64,000 nucleotides of DNA from Selaginella moellendorffii (taxonomy: Eukaryota > Plantae > Lycopodiophyta): positions 1,809,471 to 1,873,470 of the forward strand of contig NW_003314285.1 in NCBI RefSeq assembly GCF_000143415.4, read 5' to 3'. Under the pieces are notes generated by a model. That model was given only the letters and a program-made list of their open reading frames with translations. It made no database searches and was not told the DNA's origin. This document shows, piece after piece, positions 38,065 to 47,812 of the stretch (position 1 is the first letter of the stretch; the number at the start of each line of letters is the position of its first letter). The position numbers were made by a program, and so were the translations under genes.

Positions 38065-39536
38065 TCACGATCTTCGAAACGCGTTCTTGTCCGTGAACTT
38101 CTCGCGGTAATGCGACCGCCGGTGCAAAGTATCCGCGACCGAGGAGTTTCCTCCACCTTCGGCACCATAGACACTCCTGTTCGCCTCGTCCAGAAAGTTT
38201 CTCGACGACTTGATCGAGTCCTTCTCCGCCTGGATCGCGTCACTCGCCGACGCCTTTTTGATCCGCTGCCATCGCTGCTCCTCGTGAAGCTCCGCGTCCT
38301 GCTGCATCTCTCGCAGCCTCGCCATCTTCTCTTCCTCGCTCAGCTCGACTTTCTTTCTCGGCAGCGGTGGCTTTCCAAAAGCTCGGCTTTCCCTGTGCCT
38401 GTCTTCGTGCCTGCGCTGCCTATCATCCATGTCTGGACTGTCATGTCTCTCCCTCCGGCTTCTCGTATCATCGTTCTCGGTACTTGGCTTGCTTCTATAC
38501 CTCTCTTGTTCGTCCCTCTCGAAAGCTCTCCTTGGAACTTGTCGACCACTTTCCGAAGAGCTTGGATCTCGTCGATCATCCTGCGAAGAAGCGATTCTTT
38601 TGCTTCTGTGCCTGTCTTCGTCGTCGTCGTCTCTGGCAGATCTTTTTCTTCTACTATACCTGTCATCGTCCTCGGAAGCTCTGCTGCTTCTATGCCTGTC
38701 CTCGCCATTCTCCCTGGCATGGCTACGGCTGTCTTCTCCGTCGACCATCTCTGTTTCTGGCTCGCGACCATCGTTGTTCTTCATCATCTTCTTCAACGCC
38801 TTCCTCTTCTGCTTCTCCTCGGCTTTGATCTGTGCTTTCAATCGCTTCTTCTCCTCTTTCTTTTCCTCTTTCGCTTTGATCTTAGTCTCTACCTGAAAAA
38901 AACAATCAAAACATCTTCGAGTTAGAAAGAGTTGTCAGGCAATTCTAACAAAGAAGAAACGAAACAAAAGAAGCAATCCAAGTGTGTACCTCTTTTCGCA
39001 AGGCTTCCATCTTCAAGGGATTGTTCTTGATCCGCTCCCGAGCCGCCAGCTCTTGCTGCTTGATCAAGAGCAAAGGATCCGATCGAATTTTCCTCCACTG
39101 GTCATTAGCCGAGATCTTCTCCTCCACGAACAGCGATCCCGGCGTGGCGGCCACCTGCTGGATCACGCTCTCCCCTTTCGATTCCTCCAGAGGTTTTCCA
39201 AGCAAATACTCCTCATTCGACGGCTTGCCAACGCCCAGCCCGGATTCGTATAGAAAATCCAAGCGCTCCTGCTTCCTGGAAGAACCAAGCAAAGCTCTCG
39301 CATCACTCAATCGCTCGCTCGCTCAGAAAATCTAGCTACAATACTTACGGCACCAGCCCCGCTTGCTCCTGGAGCTTGCGAAACTCCAAATGCTCCTGCT
39401 CCTCCTTGATCTGCTTCTGGAGCTCCTCAAGCTTGCGATTCTCCACGTCGCGCTTCTGCTCGGCCTTCCACACCGTCTCGATGTTGCGCAGGCTCCCCGT
39501 GTGCCATCCCTTCTTGTTGAGAAACTTGAGCGCCAT
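38065..39536 (-). CDS. CWC25: Pre-mRNA splicing factor CWC25 (3 exons)
   Basis: MALKFLNKKGWHTGSLRNIETVWKAEQK (Cir_N), ERLDFLYESG, WRKIRSDPLLLIKQQE, LSEEEKMARLREMQQDAELHEEQRWQR. Confidence 0.93.
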
Positions 39537-39641
39537 CGCCAAAAACCCTAAAAGAGAATGCCCAACAACCCTAAAAGAGGTACCCTAAAAAAAGGTCTGG
39601 TGCCCAAGAACCCTAAAATGCGATGAAAAAGAGATTTCTTT

Positions 39642-41451
39642 TTAGTTTCTGGGCAATCCAAACCAGCGCGCGGCCAGTTCTTTGCTGATCCAACGCCGAT
39701 CGTCTCGGGAATTTCCCAGCAATCCTCTGTTCTCCTCGGCTCTTCGAATGAGGTACTGGATCACTCGAGGCACAGGCCCAAACGGCAAGTACTTGCTCAC
39801 TTGGAAGCCGGCCTGGACGAGCGAGAGCGAGAGCCCATCCGCCATTCCCTTGAGCTGCGCAAAATGGACCCTCAAATCCCCTCGTCTCATGCCAAGCTCC
39901 TCGGATTTGTGCGCCGCAGCTTTGCCTGGAAGGAAGATCACAAGATCCAAGTCTTAGTTCTATGATCCAAAAGAAAAAAATCTCCTGGAAAGTTGGAAGA
40001 GGGAGCTTGTACCTGACTCGAAGTTGTGAGTGGCGAGCACGATGGATCCATGGCCCCGGGAAGCCTGCTCCAGCATGAAAGCAGCACAGCGGTCGTAGCA
40101 GCGGTGAGTGTCCTGGATGCTCGCGTGGATCGGCGATGGGACACCGAGCACCTTCGCGAGAGCCGTCTCTCGAGAGAGATATGCTCCACGCACCAGCTTC
40201 ACGCCGAAAGGAATCCCTCGTTTCGTTGTCTCGTGGACCACCATCTCCAATCTCGACAGCGAGTCCTTGAGATAAGCTTGGATGGTGCCGTGGACGAGCG
40301 GCTGACTCCCTCGGTTGAACTTGACAGCCGCGGTGTAGGTGATGTAATCGATGGCCGGCTGGACGGACGTGTACTCGGCATCCACCAGCAGTGGAAGGCC
40401 TTGGAGCTCGCAGCACTCGCAAAGCTTGGATAGTCTTTCGAGAGCTAGAACCAAGTCGGACTCTTCTTCTCGGGTCAGTGGCTCGGGCTCAGTCTGAGCG
40501 TGGTAAGTCGGGCTCTCCGGTGCGAACAGTGGCAATCCATCCTGCTGCTTCCACGGAAGCTCCACCTCTGGGTTTCTGTGCTGCCATCTCAGGAGCAAGC
40601 TCAACTTTTCGAGCAGTGACAGTGGGGCGATAGCTGTGATCTTGACACAGGCATAGCTGACCTGCAACGAAAAGGCCAAAGAAATAAGATACTGCCATCA
40701 ATGACAGGAGAAAACAAAGTGGCCAAAACTTTGAAAGACCTCTCCCTCGCTCACTCGCTCTTGAAAAAACAAACTTACGAGAGGAAGAAGAATTCAAACG
40801 TACCGATCCGTGTGGCAGGGCAATGGTTTCCCGGATAGTAGCGAGCAATTGCTGGAGATTTTCGTCGCAGGAGGCGTTGTCTGCCGCATCCTCAAGGCCC
40901 GAATCAAGAACTCCCCGGAGTCGCAGCTCCCACAGCTTCTGGAGCGTCTTGGAGGCCTCCGCCGCGTTCTCCCCGGCGCAAAAGTGGGAGTAGATCGTCC
41001 TCTTGACGCACCACTCGATGGGCTTCTTGAGAAACCTGTGATTCGCCACGGGCGACTTGAGCACCTTGATCCCCACGTCCACCAGCGGGCCACAGGCCAT
41101 CACCTGGAGATTGAGCAGCGTCTTGAGGAGCTCGCCCGAGCTCATGCGGGAGAAAAGAAGCTCCGCATTCGGTCTTTCCAGATCCGGCGTCACCGCTGAG
41201 CCGCCGCCACTTGCGTCATCCTCAAACGCCGGATGGAAGCTGTCGGCGTCGTCGATGCGAGCGGAGGTGGAGTAGTGGTAGCACAGCGACTGGCGATTCT
41301 TTGCGAGATTTCCAAGACGATCAAATACCTCGGCGCGACGATCTTGCGCCGGCAGCAGCACGGCGCGATCGACGACGGCGGCAGCGGCGATGGGGAATCG
41401 GTGGCGCTGCAATTTGCGGAGACTCCCAATGCCGATCCTCCTTGCTGCCAT
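39642..41451 (-). CDS. ProDH: Mitochondrial proline dehydrogenase (3 exons)
   Basis: YSHFCAGE, CVKITAIAP, LLVDAEYTSVQPAID, GTIQAYLKD, GVKLVRGAY, VLATHN, FAQLKGM, SKYLPFGPV..YLIRRAEENRG; Arg-rich presequence. Confidence 0.95.
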
Positions 41452-41657
41452 AAGCGATCCAAGCGTTACGCGATCGATCGATATTACGGGCCCAGGAAGC
41501 GACCGATCGATCGATGCAACCAAAAATATTTGACCTAGAGCGCGAGAACAGGGAAGTGGAGAGAAGAGAAAATTTTATAACACGTACTGCGCGTGTCCTC
41601 CCCCCTCGTCTCGTGGAAGATGCGCCACTTCGCCCGATAGTTGCCAGCCAGGAAACC

Positions 41658-41714
41658 TGCCACGTCATTAGAGCAATCGAGTGCGTTGGCATGGCTGACC
41701 CAAGTGACGTGGCA
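41658..41714. promoter_or_regulatory. Pair of inverted bZIP G/C-box hybrid (TGACGTGGCA) elements upstream of ProDH
   Basis: TGCCACGTCA at 41658-41667 and TGACGTGGCA at 41705-41714, about 210-260 bp upstream of the ATG. Confidence 0.55.
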
Positions 41715-42969
41715 TTTTTAAACTGAAAAAATTTAAAGAGATGAAAAATCAAAGTAACTGATAATACTGCCTACGTAAGAACTTTTTCGAAGATACCCAG
41801 CGTTTAGCTTAACATGCCTATCAATTAACAATAATACATCCTCTTATACCTTGAAGAAATGCAGCTCCTTCCGTGGCAGAAGAAACATTGCCAGTTTTCT
41901 TCCTCTTGTACCATTTTCATCACTCGCAAGTGTTGATGCTGGATGCTGGATCTCGCAGAGCAAATGCAAGTGCCTGTCTGGAATCGATTCCGTCAAGCAC
42001 CATGGGACTCGCTCTTCTCCTTCGTCCAGGGCGCCCACGCAATGCTGAAAGGGGAGAGAAGCCACGGGCGCTGCCGAGAATGAGAGATGGGAGGCTGAGA
42101 GATGAAGCGGGAACTGAGAACCGCTGCGCCCCCTTGCTGCACCACGGCCTCAGCTTCCGCCCCACCTGGTAAACACAAAAGGGATACAGATGAGAGAAGG
42201 GCTCTATTTCACCGCCATGCATGTTGGAGTTTGTGAGAAGGGAAGCGGAAAATTGATTAAAATGACCAACCCATGGTTTCACATGTATAACCTTTATTGA
42301 GCTTAGAATTCTGGAGCTATCGCTCCTCCCACATCGTTCTACTTTGCTTCCTATTAGATTTATCTATCAAACAATGAATGAACCATAAGGCTTCACCAAC
42401 CAATAATAACCACAGCAAATGTGTCACATAGGACACGCGCAGTACGTGTTATAAAATTTTCGTGTTTAGGAGCGAGATAAGACGGGGACACCTCTGTCCA
42501 AAGCTAAAGCTGAATCTAAGCGCGGCTCGTTGACCACTGACCAGCCCATTTCAGCCGAGACTAAATGGCCATGAGAACTTTCCTTTGTTTCCAGCTCCAA
42601 TCCTCTTCTGTGCAGCGAAGTATTGAGCTTTCCTTTGTTTCCAGCTCTGTGTGTTGCTTTCTTTTGCGCAGCTACTTTCTGTGTGTTTCTTGATTTCCAG
42701 CTCTGATCTCCGATCATGTGACCCTGGAGCTCATCACTAAGCTTTCTTGTTGTGTGTAGGAAATGGATGGTCCACTGATACAACGGCCTTGTTGCATGGT
42801 TCTGCTCCTTGCCTATCTTCATCAAATGTTATGAGAAGCCTTCTCTGAAGTGCAATAGAATGTTGTTGGAAACTCTTTGCCTTGGATGATGATGGTGAGA
42901 AACTATCAAGGGGCTTAAGTGTGCTTACAACCGAGACAAAGTCTAGTTCCTTCTAGACATGCTTTGGGG

Positions 42970-44178
42970 GTGAAATCTTTGAGCCCCAAAGTGGACCCAA
43001 AAAGGTGCCATGTGGTAGTGGCCGGAACGAAAACCAAATGAACGTAGCATGTTTGGACTAAAATCTCCAACTTGAAAAGTTAAAAGTGAGAGTGGAACTC
43101 CTAACAGAGTGTTTAAGGAACGAGTACGAAGCAAGAAATAAGTGAGTCTCTGAAAAAGAGACACCAAAAGGACTAACACATGACACGAGATAGAGTCTAA
43201 AATGGACCTAAGATGGACTTAAAATGGAATTTGAGATGGACCCGAGATAAAGTCTTAGATGAAGTCTTGAGATGGACCCAAGATGGAGTCTTGAGATGGA
43301 CCCAAGATGGAGTCCAAGATGGACCCAAGATATAGTCTGATATAGACCCAAGATGGAGTCTGAGATGAAGTTTGAGATAGACCCTAGATGGAATCCAAGA
43401 CTAGGCCAAGACTAAAATCAAGATCGAGTTTAAGTCCGAGTCCGAGTCCGAATACTAATGCAGACTATTAGGTGAAAGCCCAAAGCAATCATCCCCTAGA
43501 GATCCAAAAGTATAGTAGGGAGAGGGTGGGGGTTAGACTCTAATGGAGCCAGTTTGGCCAAGAAAGGCTAATGTGATCCAAAACAGCTATGCTTGCATGT
43601 TGAGTGATAATATATCTATTGAAGAGTCCAAAATTAAAGTGAATACGGATCAACAAACAAGGTAACTTGGTAAAGTATTCAAAAGTCGACTCTAGTTCTC
43701 CTGGGAGATCGAAAGGTTAATACTCCCAATCCAAGTGTGGTTGGCACTACCTACTTGGATACCTGTATGGCTTAATAGAACTTCACTCTAGCCCCATGGC
43801 TAGAGCACCCAAAGGCAGAAGGTGGGAAGAGTATCTACAAGGCTTACGTAAAGCTGTGGTGTTTCAAAATGCTGTCCTAGAGTCCCAAACTGTGGAAAGG
43901 AAGAGGAACAATCCTCTTGTGTGGTAACCAAGGATGTGGTCATGTAGTAAAGAAGTCCTAGTGGCTAATGGGATGTAGTGGTTAGGCCTTTAAGTCCTAA
44001 CTCAATAGTAGTGTTGGCAAACACGGTTGTGGATGAAAAAGGACTTGATAGGGACCAAAAAAGGGATATTAGGGAAGGTTGTTCCCCATATCTACGGGCA
44101 TCTTAAGGATGCTTAGGAGTGGATTTGAAATGATCATCCAAGGATGGACAACTTAGTCTTTGAGAGACGGGATTGTGA
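42970..44178 (+). mobile_element. Decayed LTR-retroelement internal 3' region, copy 1 (contains an 11-bp minisatellite and ends in a purine-rich tract before TGTAAGTGG)
   Basis: Homologous over about 1.2 kb to 49585-50712; both copies end AGTCTTTGAGAGA.G.GA.T.TGA|TGTAAGTGG. Confidence 0.6.
43188..43455 (+). repeat. 11-bp minisatellite (GAGATGGACCC/AAGATGGAGTC)
   Basis: Many adjacent units such as gagatggacccaagatggagtc; the same repeat occurs at 49797-50225. Confidence 0.85.
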
Positions 44179-44655
44179 TGTAAGTGGTGTTGGACCACTA
44201 GTATGACAAAGGTGAATGCATATTGCCTTAGTGTAACGAGCTGATATGTCAATAGTACTTTTGGGTGTTGGTCATGGGATTAGATGTAAGCAACCAAAGA
44301 GAACAACTTGAAAAACAATCCATAGGTTCAAATATAGAGGGAAAGGGCCCATGAATAAGAGTGCACCCCCTTTTCCAATCAGTTAAGGGTCTTAGGATAC
44401 TTGGGGTTAAGTGTCCTTGGGTTTGAATAGTACTAGGCTGGGTGATCTCCTGGGAAGTCCAAACTCAGGAGCTTACATTAGACACATGGAACACTTAGAC
44501 CAAATGCAAAGGCTAAATGACATAGATGCTATTTATAAAGCTAGCAAGTCTTTGAGTTCGAAGTAGGACTTATAGAGGTTGTGAGTAAGACTTCTCCAAG
44601 TGGTGAAAAATGTGGTTAAGTGACTAAAGTGGAATGGAAAATTTAATCACTTATA
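44179..44655 (+). mobile_element. LTR of a larger element (TGTAAGTG...CACTTA[C>T]A), followed by a tRNA-iMet PBS and interrupted by a 5S-bearing solo LTR
   Basis: Inverted termini TGTAAGTG / CACTTATA; PBS TGGTATCAGAG at 44659-44669. Confidence 0.55.
44285..44477 (+). mobile_element. Solo LTR of a 5S-bearing Cassandra-like TRIM, TSD TTAGA
   Basis: TGTAAGC...GCTTACA, 193 bp, flanked by TTAGA (44280-44284 and 44478-44482); 5S-like segment at 44406-44460. Confidence 0.92.
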
Positions 44656-46416
44656 ATTTGGTATCAGAGTTCATACATGAATATATTAGCAATATAGTGG
44701 ATAAAAAAGGGCTAATAAGAGAATGATTTTAGGATCTTAAGAATAGTATAAAATTTTCCTCATAGAGTTGAGGAAGATGGGCATTTGACTTAGTAAATTG
44801 GCTAATGTAGTTGTGGTAGACAACTATACTTGGGATCACAAAAAAGATAAAGACTTCAAAACAATAAAGGAGTCACAAGATTATCTTTATATAGTTAAAG
44901 TTGGTGCTTATGAATTTGAGATCAAAATTAATGACCGTGGGAGGTCAAATACGAATGAAGACACGAATCCTTGAAATGATAGTTGGGGCTACCTTTTATA
45001 AATGCTAGAATAAACCTAAGGAGTTGGGGGTGTACTTAGAGGATGAGTCAATACTCTCATTATATAAATAGAAAGTCCTAAGGGGCAAAGGTAGCCCACA
45101 GGGAACAAAAAATAATCAAATGTCGAAATAACATTTACAAAGATGATCCTTGTGAGTAGAATATGAATACAAAAAGTTATATTCTAGTGAACTAACATAT
45201 CAAAAATAGCCATAAGGCTAGGACCTTATGAGTAATCAAATTAGCAAAGTCCAAAAGGCTAGATGACTCAAGTGGAGTCAAGGAATAATCCTAAAGGACT
45301 GATGGAAGCATTTGGACTGAGGTGTGTTGCACTTTACAAAGGATGGGGAAAATCATAAGATCCAAGTATGAAAATTGTAAGTATTTCATTGATGGCAGAA
45401 TGTATTATACTAAAGTCGTGGGAAAGGTGTTTCTAGAAGATAACAACTTTAGCGCAGCATATGAACACTATAGTGCAATGTTAATTGATAGTTGGCATGA
45501 GGAACGACTACTTTAGTCTTGGCAAATATCTAAACATAAGTGGAAAGTGTTGTAAAGGTAGGCTCATAAAGTCGATGGTGAGAAGACACTAAATATGCTA
45601 AGGTGTGATGCCTTGAGGTCAAGTTAGTGGGTTCATAAGAACCCCTTGCCAAAGGAATCTCAATGGAAATGAGAATGGGATAGTCTAAGCTAGAAGGCAT
45701 GTGGTTAGAGTGTGGTGATTCAAATAATGATGAAGATGTGGAAGTACTAGCAATGAGTTGTAAGACTTGATAAATATGAAGCAACTAAGCAAAAGGTGCA
45801 ATATAATTGATGGATTGGTAGAAGTTAACTACCCAAGACTTTTTATTGGGATATAAAGGTTAGAAATATCCCTTGAGGGATTGTTGTAATATAGTAAATC
45901 AATGTTATAAAAGAAAATGTTCATTATCAAAGAAGGCCATCATTGAAACACTAAACACTCTAAAACATTAGAAAGTGGTGTTTGTGTAGCACACCTAAAT
46001 TTGGAGCTGAACTCTAAGCTCATTGCACTACAAAACAAGGGTTTAGTACAATCTTACGAGCATTAGCTCCTCGTATCCAATACTTGCACGCAAAATGGTG
46101 TCAGATGGTGTTTGGCATAATTTTGGTATATTGCTGGCTTAACGCGAAGAGGAAGGTACCCCACCGACCAAATTAGTGTGGAGATTGGGCTTAGACCCAA
46201 GTCGAACACAGAATAAGGAGTGATATACCCTAGCAAGAGCCAAACTAATATCTCAGGTGGTCGAACATGCATTCCCACTATCCCTATTATATATTTAGAA
46301 CCCCCTATGCCAATTGAGGGAACAAAGACCTTAGTTGAAGATGTTAATTTCAAAAGGGTGGCTCATGGGGCCAAGTATGGAGGAATCTATGCATGATCAC
46401 AGACGTGTCAAGTGAG

Positions 46417-47566
46417 TGTAAACAACCAAAGAGAACGACTTGAGAGACGATCCATAAGGTTCAAATATAGAGGGAAAGGGCCCATGAATAAAAGTGCACC
46501 ACCTTTTCCAATTGGTTAAGGGTCTTGGGATACTTGGGGTTAAGTGTTCTTGGGTTTGAATATGTAAGCAACCAAAGGGAACGACTTGAGAGATGATCCA
46601 TGGGGTTCAAATATAGAGGAAAAGGGCCCATGAACAAGAGTGCACCCCCTTTTCCAATCGGTTAAGGGTCTTGGGATAGTTGGGGTTAAGTGTCCTTGAG
46701 TGTGAATAGTACTGGCTGGATGACCTCCCGGGAAGTCCAAACTCAGGAGCTTACATTTGGTATCAGAGAGGTCTCATGTCCGACTCTGTTGGTTGGCTAA
46801 GGGAATCACACCACATGTTGATTGACATCTGGCTGGTCTAGTTTGCTCTTGGGAGAGCTGCGGCTCTCAGCTTCCATTCACGAGGGCGTGAACTTGCAGG
46901 GAAGCGTGGTGGATTGTAAGCAACCAAAGGGAACGACTTGAGAGATGATCCATGGGGTTCAAATATAGAGGAAAAGGGCCCATGAACAAGAGTGCACCCC
47001 CTTTTCCAATCGGTTAAGGGTCTTGGGATAGTTGGGGTTAAGTGTCCTTGAGTGTGAATAGTACTGGGCTGGATGACCTCTCGGGAAGTCCAAACTCAGG
47101 AGCTTACAGAATAATACTGGGTTGGGTGACCTCCCGGGAAGTCCAAATTTAAGAGCTTACATTTGGTATCAGAGGGGTCTCAAGTCCAACTCTGTTGGTT
47201 GGCTAAGGGAATCACACCACAAGTTTATTGACATCTGGCTGGTCCAATTTACTCCCGCTGGGCTCGACCCGAGGGGTAGGGTGTCAAGAGAGTGGGGCTC
47301 TCGGGAGAGCTACGGCTTTCAGCTTCCGTTCACGAGGGTGTGAACTTGCAGGGAAGCGTGGTGGATTGTAAGCAACCAAAGAGAACGACTTGAGAGACGA
47401 TCCATGGGGTTCAAATATAGAGGGGAAGCATGATAAATTGTAAGCAACCAAAGAGAACGACTTGAGAGACGATCCATAGGGTTCAAATATAGAGGGAAAG
47501 GGCCCATGAATAAGAGTGCACCCCCTTTCCAATTGGTTAAGGGTCTTGGGATACTTGGGGTTAAGG
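46417..47566 (+). mobile_element. Outer Cassandra-like TRIM: 5' LTR split by a nested copy, PBS, ~205-bp internal region, then partial tandem 3' LTRs starting at 47367 and 47439
   Basis: LTR halves at 46417-46562 and 47114-47161, then TTTGGTATCAGAGG; PPT-like GGGAAGCGTGGTGGAT precedes TGTAAG at 47367. Confidence 0.85.
46563..47108 (+). mobile_element. Complete young Cassandra-like TRIM (LTR 46563-46755, internal 159 bp, LTR 46915-47108), TSD GAATA
   Basis: The two LTRs differ by only one G indel and one C/T substitution by eye. PBS TGGTATCAGAG at 46758; PPT-like tract before 46915; GAATA at 46558-46562 and 47109-47113. Confidence 0.95.
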
Positions 47567-47712
47567 GGGTTCCAAAAGTATAGTAGGGATAGTGAGGTCT
47601 AGGAACCATGCACACCAAGCCTCCAGGTTCTTAACACCCCTTGGTACAACAAGACTTGATCATGGGACCCTCTAAATCCCAGGCCTTAGGTGCAACACTT
47701 GCTTCGGGACAC

Positions 47713-47812
47713 NNNNNNNNNNNNNNNNNNNNNNNNNNNNNNNNNNNNNNNNNNNNNNNNNNNNNNNNNNNNNNNNNNNNNNNNNNNNNNNNNNNNNNNN
47801 NNNNNNNNNNNN
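47713..47812. other. Assembly gap (100 N)
   Basis: N run. Confidence 1.

Noticed and set aside
41844-42825. Short ORFs upstream of ProDH
   Set aside because: No recognisable domain and no coherent exon chain.
44406-44460. Genuine 5S rRNA genes
   Set aside because: Only about 55 nt of the 3' half match. The 5S 5' half and oligo-T terminator are absent, and the segment is embedded in LTRs with TSDs.
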